Source: Thermoanaerobaculia bacterium
Lineage (GTDB): Bacteria; Acidobacteriota; Thermoanaerobaculia; Multivoradales; Multivoraceae
Reading direction: 5' to 3'
Length of the DNA stretch: 64,000 nucleotides
Assembly: GCA_963666565.1 (NCBI GenBank)
Contig: OY762911.1
Coordinates: 3,680,001 to 3,744,000, forward strand
Every line of letters begins with the position of its first letter. The first letter of the stretch is position 1. The position numbers and the translations under genes were made by a program. Positions 11,001-22,100 of this stretch are shown here, in pieces. The notes below the pieces were generated by a model that ran no database searches, had not been told where the DNA came from, and worked only from the letters and a program-made list of their open reading frames with translations.

Positions 11001-13502
11001 TCAGTCTTGAGGAAGTCGAAGCCTCCCGGACTCCCGGGACCGTTCTCTCTTGTAGTCGAAGCTCTCGTCCCACTCGGAGAATTCGAGTAGATCAACCTCC
11101 TGGGAAGGCCCGGTGACACCGCGGTCGAAGAGGTCGTCGATCTCCGACTCCGAGAGGCCCAGCCGCTCCCGCAGCAAGTCACGACTGTGCTCGCCGAGAC
11201 GGGGCGGCGGCCGGTCGGAGCGCTCCGAGAGGCCGTCGATCCGCCAAGAGTGGCCGGCGTAGCGCTTCTCGCCCAGGTCGGGGTGCTCGATCCGGCGGAA
11301 CCAGGCGCGCTCGTCCAGGTGGGGACAGGCCATCACCTCTGCGGTCGACCGCACGACGCCGGCGGCGATTCCGGCGGTCTGGAGGCGCTCCATCAGTGGC
11401 TTGGCCCGCTGGGTGCGCGTCCACTCGACCATCGCCTCGTCGAGCTTCTCCGCGTTGGCAATGCGCTCCCGACGCCGACCGAAGGCCGGATCCGCGAGGG
11501 TCTCGGAACCGGACAGCGCTGCCAGGCGGCGCCACTGCTCGTCGGACTCGACAGCCAGGGCGATCCAGCGATCCTCCCCCGCGCAGGGATAGACGCCGTG
11601 CGGGGCGTGGTCGAGGTCGCCGTTGCCCACTGGCGTCCGCTCGTCTCCGAGGGCCGCATCGAGCAGCACCTCGCCCAGGTAGCCGGCAGCCGCCTCCATC
11701 ATGCTGCCGTCGATCGCCTGCCCCTCGCCGGTGCGCCGGCTGTGGAAGAGGGCGACGAGCGTCGTAGCCGCCATCTGGAGTCCGGTGATCGCGTCCGCCT
11801 GGTAGAAGCCCATGACCGTCGGCTCGCCGCCCGGATACCGGTGGAGCCAGTCCCAGCCGGAGAGCGCCTCGATGGAGGTCCCGTTCGCCTTGTAGTCGCT
11901 GAGCGGTCCCGTCTTGCCGAAGCCCGACCAGGAGGTCATCACCAGGCCGGGACTCAGCTTCTCCACGGCTGGCCAGTCGAAGCCGAACCGCTCCATGACC
12001 CGGGGCGTGAAGTTCTCCATCAGGACGTCGGCGTCGGCGATCAAGCGCCGCAGCAGGTCGCGCCCGTCCTCGGTCTTGAGATCGAGGCACAGGGACCGCC
12101 TGTTGCGGTTCACGCTGTTGTAGTAGGGGCTCGTGTTGATGTGGCCGCCGGGCGCGTTCCCGGCCGGCTGCGGATTCGCGAGCCATCGACGCCACACGTC
12201 CGGCCGCTGGTGCGATTCCACCTTGATCACGTCGGCGCCGAGGTCGGCCAGCAACATGGCGGCGTAGGGGCCGATCCAGGCCTGGGTGAGATCGACGATC
12301 CGGACGCCGGCGAGCGGCAGGGCCTCGCCTTGGTCGGCGCGCGACGCCGGAGGCTCGCGCGGTCCCCAATCGAGCCGCGAGGGGCGGATCCGTTCCGCGG
12401 CGCTCGGGGCAGGCACAGGCGCCGCCGCTCCAGTGCGTCCCAGCGCGGCCGCCGGACCGGCGAAGGGCAGCTCCCCCAGGCGCGGATGACGAAGCGTGCG
12501 GAAGAAGCCGCGAGCGGCCAGATGCTCGTCGGTCAGCAGGTCGGCCGGCGACAGCACCTTGCCGCAGACGACGCGCCGCTTCAGCAGGCCATGGAACACG
12601 TCGTCGGCCTTCATGTCCCTTACCTTGCCGGCCAGGAGAGGGATCAGCCTCCGGCGCCACGCGGGCGGATCCTCACCGTCCTCAATCGGCGGCCACTCCT
12701 TCTCGTCTACACCGAGCACCGCCCCGTAATCGTCGAGCTGTTCCTCGAGCGGAGGCATGAAGGTCACCCAGCCGTCCCGGCAGCGGTGCGCCCGCACGCC
12801 GGTCGTCGAGCCGCCCTCCCGCCGGGGATGCGGGCCGCCGTACTCGACCGGCAGCAGCGGCAGGATCCCGGCGATCACGTCGAACTCCGAAACCTCGATG
12901 AACCCGCCTCGTCCGCTCTCGAGCCGCGAAACGAGCGCCGCGAGCGCGGCGACGAAGGCGCTGACGCCGCAGGCGTAGCCCAGAACGTGTCCTGGCGCCT
13001 TGAGCGGGGCGCGCCTCGCGTCACCGTTCAGGAAGGCGTAGCCCGACAGCGCCTGAACGACCAGTTCCGAGCCGACCAGGCCGGCGAACGGGCCGCTCAG
13101 GCCGAACGGCGAGACGGAGACCAACACGAGGTCCGGACACCGTTCCCGGACGTCGTCGAGCGTCAGACCCCGGCGCTCCAGGTCGGCGTCGCCCCAGTCC
13201 GTCACGAGAACGTCGGCCCGCCCCAGGAGATCGAGTAGCGCCGCGGCGTCCGGGCAGGCGTCCGGCAGCGACGCCGCCCGCTTGTTCGCGGCGACGAACT
13301 GCCAAAGCAGCGACTCCCGCTCGGCGCCTACCCCCGCGTGCGGGCCGCGGCGCCGCAGCCGTGAGCCACCTTCACTCTCCAGCACAACGACATCGGCGCC
13401 CCAAAGCGCGAACTGCCGCGCGCAGTACGCCGCGGCGACGCCGTCGGCGAGTTCGACGACTCGAACACCCGACAGCGCCGGTCCGGTTCGCGATCGGTCC
13501 AT
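11001..13502 (-). CDS. Family III (CaiB/BaiF) CoA-transferase, two tandem domains
   Basis: Two repeats: LSGVRVVEL..WGADVV..ANKR and LAGVRIVDL..LGADVIKVE..NRNRRS..ENF..PPPRLGEH. Confidence 0.9.
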   Translation of the reverse strand: MDRSRTGPALSGVRVVELADGVAAAYCARQFALWGADVVVLESEGGSRLRRRGPHAGVGAERESLLWQFVAANKRAASLPDACPDAAALLDLLGRADVLVTDWGDADLERRGLTLDDVRERCPDLVLVSVSPFGLSGPFAGLVGSELVVQALSGYAFLNGDARRAPLKAPGHVLGYACGVSAFVAALAALVSRLESGRGGFIEVSEFDVIAGILPLLPVEYGGPHPRREGGSTTGVRAHRCRDGWVTFMPPLEEQLDDYGAVLGVDEKEWPPIEDGEDPPAWRRRLIPLLAGKVRDMKADDVFHGLLKRRVVCGKVLSPADLLTDEHLAARGFFRTLRHPRLGELPFAGPAAALGRTGAAAPVPAPSAAERIRPSRLDWGPREPPASRADQGEALPLAGVRIVDLTQAWIGPYAAMLLADLGADVIKVESHQRPDVWRRWLANPQPAGNAPGGHINTSPYYNSVNRNRRSLCLDLKTEDGRDLLRRLIADADVLMENFTPRVMERFGFDWPAVEKLSPGLVMTSWSGFGKTGPLSDYKANGTSIEALSGWDWLHRYPGGEPTVMGFYQADAITGLQMAATTLVALFHSRRTGEGQAIDGSMMEAAAGYLGEVLLDAALGDERTPVGNGDLDHAPHGVYPCAGEDRWIALAVESDEQWRRLAALSGSETLADPAFGRRRERIANAEKLDEAMVEWTRTQRAKPLMERLQTAGIAAGVVRSTAEVMACPHLDERAWFRRIEHPDLGEKRYAGHSWRIDGLSERSDRPPPRLGEHSRDLLRERLGLSESEIDDLFDRGVTGPSQEVDLLEFSEWDESFDYKRERSRESGRLRLPQD

Positions 13503-13660
13503 GTCCCAATCGTCTCAGAAACGCTGCACCGGCGTCGCCCGGGACGAACCCCGAGACTCTGTCTCAGTGCTACCATCGCCGGCGTCACACTGGCCCATCG
13601 ATCCCGAGCGGTGCGGGCCTGGACGCCACGGTAAGCACACCAGACGACTGCCCGCACGCG

Positions 13661-14323
13661 ATGAGTTCGGTAGCGCCCCTGACCGTTGCCGCCCTGCAGG
13701 CCGAGGCGGCGGCGTTCGCCGAGTCGCTCCGCCAACAGCCTGTGCCCGAGCTCTTCGGCACGACCGACGGCAAGGCCCTGGGCACATGGATCGAATCGAG
13801 CTTCAACGAGTTTCTGGCCAGCCGCTACGCCTTCGACGCCGGAAGCGCGGCGCGGGGCATCGACTTCCCCGAGCTCGACGTGGATCTCAAGGCGACATTC
13901 CTGTCGCAACCCCAGTCATCCTGCCCGTTTCGAGACGCTTCGCAGAAGGTGTTCGGACTCGGCTACCACCTGCTCGTCTTCGTCTACGAAAAGACCGACG
14001 TCAACGAGACGCGAACGGCGCGCATCGAGGTCCGCCACCTCGTCTTCATCGAGCGCGAGCGGACAGCCGACTACCAGACCACGGCGGGAATCCGGGGCAT
14101 ACTCGAACGCAAAGGCAACCTCGACGACCTTGCTGCGTTCCTTGAGGAGCGCAACCTCCCGCTCGACGACATCGGTCGCCGGACTCTTGCGGAACGCATT
14201 CTCGCCCGCCCGCCGCGGCAGGGGTACATCACGGTCAGCAACGCCTTTCAGTAGCGGCTCCAGTACGGACATGCCATACGAAACGCCGGGGAGGTGGCCG
14301 GTGTCCACGATCTCCTCCGCTGA
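13661..14323 (+). pseudogene. Type II restriction endonuclease interrupted by an in-frame TAG at 14252-14254
   Basis: TDGKALGT, GIDFPELDVDLKAT (PD..DxK-like), QPQSSCPF; reads ..SNAFQ*RLQYGHAIRNAGEVAGVHDLLR* and overlaps the MTase start. The stop falls where I recall family members having Trp (TGG). Confidence 0.8.
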
Positions 14324-15935
14324 GGGCGGCGCCGGCCAAGGCAGGTCCGTTCGCGGCAAGCTGAAGAAGGAGCTAGGGGACTTCCAGACGCCGCTGGACC
14401 TCGCGCTGACGGCCACGCGCGTTCTGCGAGCGGCCGGCCACCGTCCAGCCCGGCTTCTCGAGCCCACCTGCGGCAAGGGTTCCTTCCTTCGCGCCGCCGG
14501 GGAGCAACTCGATAGTCCCCTGGAGATGTTCGGCATCGAAATCCAGTCCCGCTACGTCGAAGAGGCCCGCAAGACTCTTCGCGAGCATCCGCCTTCCGGC
14601 ATCGATTGGCGAGTCCAGTCTGGCGACATCTTCAGCTACGACCTGTGCGCCCTTCCCTGGCGCACGGCGGGACCCCTTCTGGTGCTGGGGAACCCACCAT
14701 GGATCACCCTTGCCGAGCTGGGCGCGATGAACTCCTCTCACGTTCCCCAGCGATCCAACGTCCGATCCGTGCGGGGAATAGACGCACTGACGGGCGACTC
14801 GAACTTCGACGTAGCCGAGTACATCTGGATGCGGCTTCTCACGGAACTGCGGGAGCAGTCGCCCACCGTCGCGTTGCTCTGCAAGACCTCGGTGGCGCGC
14901 CGCGTCCTCGTGCTCGCCAGGCGTCTTCAACTCCCGGTGGCGGAATCGGCGCTCTGGCGCATCGACGCCCAACGAGAATTCGGCGTCGCAGCCGACGCGG
15001 GCCTGTTCATGATCCGTCTCGATGGCGCCACCGGTCGCTACGACTGCAGTGTCTACGACTCCCTCGCGGCTCGCGCCTCCGTGACGACCATGGGCATCGT
15101 CGACGGCGGTCTCGTGGCCGATGTCGCTTCCCACCGGAAGTCGCGGGCCTTCGACGGTCGCTCGCCCATCGAGTGGCGTCAGGGAGTCAAGCACGACGCC
15201 TCGAAGATTCTGGAGTTGAAGCCCGACCCGGACGAGGGCCGCTGGCGGAACGGGCCAGGCGAGTTCGTCGACATCGAACCGGAGTGGTCGTTCCCTCTGA
15301 TGAAGGGTTCGGACATCTACGCCGGACGCGAACCGAGCCGGCGCATCCTCGTCACTCAACGGTCTCTCGGCGAGAATCCGCGCGGTTTGCGCCACATCGC
15401 GCCGAAGCTCTGGGCCTACCTGAACGACCACCAGGAGCACTTCGCGGCCCGGAAATCGTCCGTCTACCGATCGCGACCGAAGTTCTCGATGTTCGGCATC
15501 GGACCGTACACGTTCAGCCCCTGGAAGGTGGCGGTGTGCAGCCTCTGGAAGGAGCCCCGCTTCCGCGTTCTGCCTCCCAGCGGCGACCAGCCGGTTCTCT
15601 GCGACGACACTTCCTACTTCCTGCCATGCGACAACGCCGAGCAGGCAGCCATCATCGCAGCGATTCTGCGCAGTGACCCCGCCAGGAACCTGCTCAGGTC
15701 CCTGGTCTTCGTCGATGCGAAGCGGGTCGTGACCAAGAAGCTGCTCCAGAGAATCGATCTTCGGGCGATTCTGACCGGGTTTCGGGACCAGATCGTCGAG
15801 GACGCGGCCACGTTCTCAGTCGATTTCGCGCTATCGACCGATCGCGCAGGCGCCCTCGAAGCCGAGGCGGACTCCCTCCTTCGCCAATGGGCGCCGGCGG
15901 AGCGCTCTCTGCCGTTCGGCGAACCGACTTCGTAG
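14301..15935 (+). CDS. Amino (N6-adenine type) DNA methyltransferase of the RM pair
   Basis: GDFQTP, motif I LEPTCGKGSF, motif IV GNPPW; GTG 14301 preceded by GGAGG. Confidence 0.9.
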   Translation: MSTISSAEGGAGQGRSVRGKLKKELGDFQTPLDLALTATRVLRAAGHRPARLLEPTCGKGSFLRAAGEQLDSPLEMFGIEIQSRYVEEARKTLREHPPSGIDWRVQSGDIFSYDLCALPWRTAGPLLVLGNPPWITLAELGAMNSSHVPQRSNVRSVRGIDALTGDSNFDVAEYIWMRLLTELREQSPTVALLCKTSVARRVLVLARRLQLPVAESALWRIDAQREFGVAADAGLFMIRLDGATGRYDCSVYDSLAARASVTTMGIVDGGLVADVASHRKSRAFDGRSPIEWRQGVKHDASKILELKPDPDEGRWRNGPGEFVDIEPEWSFPLMKGSDIYAGREPSRRILVTQRSLGENPRGLRHIAPKLWAYLNDHQEHFAARKSSVYRSRPKFSMFGIGPYTFSPWKVAVCSLWKEPRFRVLPPSGDQPVLCDDTSYFLPCDNAEQAAIIAAILRSDPARNLLRSLVFVDAKRVVTKKLLQRIDLRAILTGFRDQIVEDAATFSVDFALSTDRAGALEAEADSLLRQWAPAERSLPFGEPTS

Positions 15936-15960
15936 TCGGAGGACGGACATCCGCTTCAGG

Positions 15961-17003
15961 CGAGCACGTAAGCTGGCTGGCCCACCAGCCACGTCGGCGA
16001 AGGAGGCGGTCCAGTGTCAACAAGCAGCAGCAATGCGACGGTCAGCCTGACGGACGGACCGATAGTCCTCGGGAACGGCATCGCCGGCGAGACGATCCCC
16101 ATCCCGACCGCCGATCCAACAGGCTTCCACCAGGCGATCTCCGAGCCGGACGCCATGCCGGCCACCGAGATCCTCGGCAGCCTGTTCGTGCCGCCCGGAG
16201 AGGGTCCGTGGCCCGTGGTGATCGTCGTGCCCGGGAGCCTGGGGGTCGCGCCGTCGCACGTCGCCAAGGCGGACCTGCTGACGGAGGCCGGCATCGCCTG
16301 TTGCGTGATCGACCCCTTCGGCACCCGCGGCGTGACCTCGACCGTCGCCAACCAGGCGCAGTACTCCTTCGCCGCCAGTGCCTGGGACGTGCTCGCAACC
16401 GCCACGGTGCTGGCCCGACGAGACGACATCGACGCCGCGCGCATCGGCGCCCAGGGTCACAGCCGCGGCGGGTCGGCCGTGCTGTCCGCCGCCTGCCTGG
16501 CGCCTCTGGTCGGCCCTGAACGGGCTCCCGACCTCGCCGCCGTGTACGCCGCGTACCCGTGGTCGGGCTTCCAGTTCCTGCGGCCGGACGTGGGGCGCAC
16601 CGTCGTGCGCTCCGTCATCGGCGACCTGGACGAGTGGTGCTTGCCGCTCCAGGTCCAGGCCCACATGCACGCGATGACCCTCTGCGGATGCGACGCCAGT
16701 TTCCGGCTCTTCCCCGACACGCACCACAGCTTCGACCGCGACACGCCGGTGGAACCGGTCCCCGACGCATCGACAAGTCCTGGGGCGCCGACGATCTACA
16801 TCCGCGAAGACGGCGCCCTCGTGCATCCGGTGACCGGCAAGGCCGACCCGGTCTTCACCGAGCGCGACGCGATGATCTACCAGGTCAAGTCGCCGTACGG
16901 CCGCAGAGGCGCCCGGATCGGCACCGCCGGCGACCAGGCGAGGGCGTTCCACGAGGACATGATGGCGTTCTGGACGGCCGCGCTCTCAGTCGCCCGCGTC
17001 TGA
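15961..17003 (+). repeat. Direct-repeat copy A (upstream region plus DLH-like gene); copy B at 23356-23747
   Basis: cgagcacgtaagctggctggccca vs cgagaacgtaagctggctggccca; gtgtcaacaagc in both; 16679-17003 closely matches 23423-23747. Confidence 0.9.
16014..17003 (+). CDS. Dienelactone hydrolase-like alpha/beta hydrolase
   Basis: Nucleophile GHSRGG, acid GDLDEW, His THHSFD; GTG start after AAGGAGG. Confidence 0.85.
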   Translation: MSTSSSNATVSLTDGPIVLGNGIAGETIPIPTADPTGFHQAISEPDAMPATEILGSLFVPPGEGPWPVVIVVPGSLGVAPSHVAKADLLTEAGIACCVIDPFGTRGVTSTVANQAQYSFAASAWDVLATATVLARRDDIDAARIGAQGHSRGGSAVLSAACLAPLVGPERAPDLAAVYAAYPWSGFQFLRPDVGRTVVRSVIGDLDEWCLPLQVQAHMHAMTLCGCDASFRLFPDTHHSFDRDTPVEPVPDASTSPGAPTIYIREDGALVHPVTGKADPVFTERDAMIYQVKSPYGRRGARIGTAGDQARAFHEDMMAFWTAALSVARV

Positions 17004-17128
17004 GAAGCCCGGCGCCCTCCATGTAGCGCCGGTTCGGGCCGTACCGGCGCCTCAGCCGATGTCGCGGGCGACAGGGACACGGCCAGCGGCTGGCGCTCCG
17101 TTTCCTGGCGCCGGTCGACAGTAGAGCG

Positions 17129-19153
17129 TCACGCGGGTACTTCCCGTAGTTGCTCGACGATCCGGAACCTCAGCTTCGCGCGAGGCTTCATGTTCGGGAT
17201 GGGGTTGAACTGAAGCCGGTAGTCCTTGGGAACGAGTTCGAATCTGAAGTGGCGGGCGATCATCAGGACGTTGATCGCCAGTTGCAGCTCTGTCTGTCGA
17301 AAACCGAGACACCTGTGCGTGCCCAGGCCGTAGGGCGCGTAGCCGGGAGTGCGGTGCTCCGCCCGATCCGGCAGGTAGCGGTCGATGTCGAAGGAGTGGG
17401 GGTCCGGGAAGACCTCCTCCATGTAGTGCGGCGCGGTCGAAGCGATGAAGAGCCTTGAACCGACCGGGATCTCGTGGTCCTCGATCACGCAGGCGTTCAT
17501 CACGTTCCGGATCGCCATGGGGACGACCGGGTACATCCGGAGGGTTTCCATGAGGAAACGGTGCGTGACGTCGATAGTGGAGGAGTTGATGGCCTGACCG
17601 TCCGGATCGCCGTTCTCGAAGAGTGCGTCGGCTTCGGCACGGATCTGCTCCCGCAGTTCCGGCTGCGTCGTCATGGCGTAGAGCGCGAAGCTGATTGCGT
17701 CGCCCACGTAGACGCTGGCAACCAGAGCCGCGGAGAGCTGGAAGCGCAGCGTGGTTTCCGGCACGAACTGCGGGTCGCTCGCGTGGAGCCCGAGCCAGTC
17801 GTCCGCCAGATCGCGCGGCTGGTCGATCCGCTGGGCCGGAGTGTGTGAGATCTGGATGCGTTCCAGGAGCCTGTCGACGGCCCTGGCCTTGCGCTTCATG
17901 CCGGGCGTGTTCATCATCATCTTCGGCAGGGCCCGCATGATGTGAACGGCCAGGGCGCGCTCCTTGTAGGCGACCAGTTCCCCGATGAGGTCCTGCGAGT
18001 CCACTCCGATGGTGAGTGGAGAGAGTTGCGCGTTGACCAGGAGACGGCAGGACCGGACCGGTATGACGTCGCCCACCTTCCAGTCCGCGAGGTACGTTCG
18101 AAGATATGCGTAGAGCCGATCGAGCTGTCCGGCGAGCCTGCCGCGTGAGTATCCGGGCGACATGGCCTTGCGGAGTCGAAAGTGATCGGCGCCGTCCAGG
18201 GAAGGCATGACGCCGGACGCGCCGTAGACCTTCTCGAAGTCGCTGAAGTAGTCCTTCGTTCTCAGGTGCGTGCGCCCGCGCTTGTTGACCCACTGATTTA
18301 CCTCGGTTCCCGCCAAGCAGATCATGCGCTCGCCGATGGGCGGGCGGAGCTCGAAGACGGGCCCGAACTCTTCGGCAAGACTGGCGAAGAGGGCCGGAAT
18401 GTTGCCGTCGCGGGCGTACTGGTTGCGCAGCAACTTCCGTAATGGAATGCCCGGCATCTTCTTCGTCAGGGCCGAGTGTCGGCGGATCGGCTCCGCGATG
18501 TTCTGGGCAACCGCTTCGGCGATCGAACGCCCGATCAGGTCCATCCTGCAGACCAGCGCGATCCGTTCCTCGACGTCTTCGTCGATCTGGAATATGAAGC
18601 GCAGAACGTCGCAGGCGTCGACGATGGAGAGAACGATGATGTCTCGCGGATCGGGGATTTCGTCGTTGAAGATGACGTCGGCGATCCGGTCCCGAATGAA
18701 CTGGGTCGCGGTGCCTTCTTCGGATTGGCCGTGCGCGTCCGCCTGCCAGCCGGTCCGCGGAAGGGTCCAGAAGTCGCCGTCGTGGTACTGGAGGACGTTC
18801 CGCTTCACGAGGCGGTCGAGGGTGAGGTCGATGACGGTCTCGGCCTGCGGCGCGAGACGTTCGATCCAGTAGCGGGCCGTCTGCTGGTTCGCCGCCTCGG
18901 CCAGTTCCCCGAGAATCGGATCGAGAGCCGGGTCTCCCGTTTCCGTCGCGTCGACGAGATAGAGAGCTTCCGGGTCCGTGTCGATGCGCGACTGAAGGGA
19001 GAGCTCGGCGAGAACCGCGCCGGCAACCGCGCAGTGCAGGTGCCAGCCGGGTACTTGATGGAACCAGCCGTTCTCCTCGTTGAGGAGCATCAGGATCAAC
19101 TCGTCCGTGAGAGTCAGCCCCTGGCTCGCGAGACCTGCGGAGGTGGGAGTCAT
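17129..19153 (-). CDS. GPP34/GOLPH3-like domain fused to cytochrome P450 (copy 1)
   Basis: N-terminus LTLTDELILMLLNEENG..AGAVLAELSLQSRID..TGDPALD..YWIERLA (GPP34-like); C-terminus ETLR (ExxR), FDIDRY, PYGLGTHRCLG (heme Cys). Confidence 0.88.
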   Translation of the reverse strand: MTPTSAGLASQGLTLTDELILMLLNEENGWFHQVPGWHLHCAVAGAVLAELSLQSRIDTDPEALYLVDATETGDPALDPILGELAEAANQQTARYWIERLAPQAETVIDLTLDRLVKRNVLQYHDGDFWTLPRTGWQADAHGQSEEGTATQFIRDRIADVIFNDEIPDPRDIIVLSIVDACDVLRFIFQIDEDVEERIALVCRMDLIGRSIAEAVAQNIAEPIRRHSALTKKMPGIPLRKLLRNQYARDGNIPALFASLAEEFGPVFELRPPIGERMICLAGTEVNQWVNKRGRTHLRTKDYFSDFEKVYGASGVMPSLDGADHFRLRKAMSPGYSRGRLAGQLDRLYAYLRTYLADWKVGDVIPVRSCRLLVNAQLSPLTIGVDSQDLIGELVAYKERALAVHIMRALPKMMMNTPGMKRKARAVDRLLERIQISHTPAQRIDQPRDLADDWLGLHASDPQFVPETTLRFQLSAALVASVYVGDAISFALYAMTTQPELREQIRAEADALFENGDPDGQAINSSTIDVTHRFLMETLRMYPVVPMAIRNVMNACVIEDHEIPVGSRLFIASTAPHYMEEVFPDPHSFDIDRYLPDRAEHRTPGYAPYGLGTHRCLGFRQTELQLAINVLMIARHFRFELVPKDYRLQFNPIPNMKPRAKLRFRIVEQLREVPA

Positions 19154-19179
19154 GCGTGTGACCTTGTCGTCGGGCAGCC

Positions 19180-22100
19180 TTATGCGGCCTCAAGGGCAGG
19201 GCCGGGCGCCCGGCGCCGAGAGGTCAATCGCAGGTGAATCGTGTACAGAGCCGGTACGAGCAGCATCAGAAGAGAGGTCGTGATGGCGATGCCGCAGCCA
19301 AGCGAGGCGGCGAACGGGACGAGGAACTGTGCCTGGATCGACGGCTCGAGAATCAGGGGCGTGAAGCCGAGAAACGAGGTCAGGGACGTCAGCATGATGG
19401 GACGGAAGCGGCCCTTGGCACCTTCAACAATCGCGTCTCGCGCGGAGAATCCCTCCCGGAGTTCCTGATCGATGAAGTCGATCATCACGAGGGAGTCGTT
19501 CACGACGACCCCCGCGAGGCCGAAGAACGCCATGAAGGAGACCGCGCTCAAGGGGATCCCGAGGAACAGGTGACCCAGGATCACGCCGATGAACCCGAAC
19601 GGGATCACGGCCATGACGAGGAACGGCTTGGTGTAGGAGCGGAGGGGGATCGCCAGCAAGGCAAAGATCATGAGCAGGGCGATCGCAAACCCGCGATAGA
19701 GGGCGCCCAGGGAATCGAGCTGCTGCTGCTGCTCGCCCCCGAAGCTGTAGGTCAGGTTCGGATCGGCGCTCGTCAGTTCCTTGAGAATGACGTCCTCCAG
19801 AATGTCGTTCGCCTCCCCGCCTGAGATGACGGTTGGGTCCACATCCGCGGTAACCGTGACGACACGCTGGCCGTCCTTGCGTCTGGCGGCGGGCGGCGAC
19901 ATGCCTGAGCTCAGGGAAGCGACCCGACTCAGCGGTACTTCGGCCCCGCCGGGCGTGCGGAGGAGGTACCCCTCGACGTCGGTGACCGCGTTGCGATCGA
20001 CTTCGGGCAGACGCACATAGACCCGGACCTCTTCCCGGCCTCGCTGAACCCGCAACGCCTCTTCACCGAAGAACGCGGCTCGTGTCTGCGAAGCCAGATC
20101 GTCGAGGGTAAGACCGAGGGTTCGCGCTTCCGGCAGCAGCTCGAGCTGGAGTTCCGGGACGCCCGGTGTGTGATCCGAGCGGATGTCGAAGACCCCTCCC
20201 ACCGCACGGAGTTCATTGACGACGGAATCGGCGATCTCAGCCAGGCGCTCGGGATCGGGGTGGGACAGCACCGCCTCGACGGGGTTCCCCAGGTCGATGA
20301 TTTCGCCGCTGAAGGTGACGCCGCGAACGTAGGGCGGAACTCCCGCCTCTTCGCGCCATGCCTGAACGACATCTCCGCTGGTGATCTGCCGTTGCCGGGC
20401 ACCCAGCAGCTTGAAGTCGATCGTGGCGATGTTGGCTTCGGGATTCAGGGTCGGCTCCGGATTGAGTCCGCCGCCCTCGATTCGCGGCCGGTGTCCGACG
20501 GTTACGGTGACTCCGGAGAGCAGCGGAGGCGCATCGTCCGGTCGATCCCGGGAGAGTCGGTCGATCGCGCGGTGGCCGGCCGCCTCCAGTTCCCGGGCCA
20601 CCTCGTACGTCCGCTGCGCGGTCGTTCCGTCGGGCATCTCCAGGCTGGCGGTGGCGAAGTCGCCCTCGACGTTCTCCGCGAAGGTGGCAGGTACGATGCC
20701 GGCCGGTACCAGGGCAACGCAGATCACGAGCAGTCCGACGCCTCCCGCGATCGTCACCCCGGGGTAAGCCGTCGCGAAACGGAGGCCATGGTCCAGGGGC
20801 CCTTGCAGGAACCGGTTCAGCGCGCGATCCACGCCGCCCTGGATCCGTGCCGCGACCCGATCGACGGGGCCGGTCGGCTTCCACTCCGGACCGTGCAGGT
20901 GAGACAGGTGGCGGGGCAGCACCAGCGTCGATTCGACCAGGGAAAACAGCAGCATGGCGATCACGATGATCGGCAGCGCCCCCCAGACCTCGCCGATTCC
21001 ACCGGGGATGAAGAGCAGGGGGATGAACGCCACGACCGATGTGAGCACGGCGAAGGTCAACGGCACCAGGATGCGTCGCGTGCCGCGGATCGCAGCGGTG
21101 AGCCCCGGCGTGCCCCGCATGCGTTCGTAGTGGATGTACTCGGCGACGACGATCGCGTCGTCGACGACGATGCCGATGGCGAGGACGAAGGAGAACAGGG
21201 AGATGGCGTTGATCGCCAAGTCGAGCGCAAGCATGACGGCGAGTGCGCCGATGCCCGAAACGGCGAGGCCGACGGCGACCCAGAAGGCGATCCGGAGTTC
21301 GAGAAACAGACCGAGCGCGATGAGGACCAGCAAGAGACCCAGCGCGCCGTTCTTGAGGAGGATGCTCGCGCGCTCCGTGTAGGCATCGGACTCGTCATTC
21401 CAGACGGTCACTCCCAGGCCGTCCGGAAGCGAGGGAGTCAACTCGTTCTCCACGTACGCCAGGACGGCGTTGGCAACGCCCATCGCGTGCTCGTCTTCGG
21501 CTCTAAAGACCTCGATGAAGGCGGCGGGCTTGTCTTGGTGCCGGACGATCAGGTCGGCATTCTGAAAGCCGTCGTGGACCTCGGCGACATCCCCCAGGCG
21601 GACCGCCGTGCCGTCGCTCTTGCTGAGGAGGATGATGTCCTCGAAGTCCTGTTGCTCGTAGCGTTGGCCGAGAGTCCGTACCCGGACCTGCGATTCCCGT
21701 GTTTCGATGCTGCCCGCGGACAACTCCAGGGAACTGCGGCGAATCGGCGTGGCTACGTCACCGAGTGTGAGTCCGAGGGCTCTCAACCGCCGGAGTGGTA
21801 CTTCAACCGAGATTTCGTAGTTCCGCACGCCGCTGATGTCGACCTGGGAAACCCCGGGAAGCGAAGTGAGTTGATCCTCGATCTGGTAGGCGAGTTCCTT
21901 CAGGGATCGCTCGGAGACATCGCCGTAGAGGACGAGCCGGATCATGCTCTGGCGGTTCGTCATCTCCCGGAACAGGGGACGTTCGGCGCCGCCCGGGAAC
22001 GACTGGATGCGACCGACGGCGGACTCGATTTCGTCCTGCGCCTTGGCCATGTCCGTACCCGACTTCATCTCGACCCTGACGGATGCCATGCCGGGAGCCG

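Noticed and set aside
14252-14254. Genome-wide TAG recoding or pyrrolysine
   Set aside because: TAG is a normal stop for many genes here (e.g. 2622, 4780, 10964, 27696) and no pyl genes are seen
13686-14300. REase-MTase fusion or long MTase N-terminus
   Set aside because: Alternative-frame Arg/Ser-rich text; the real start is GTG 14301 with an RBS
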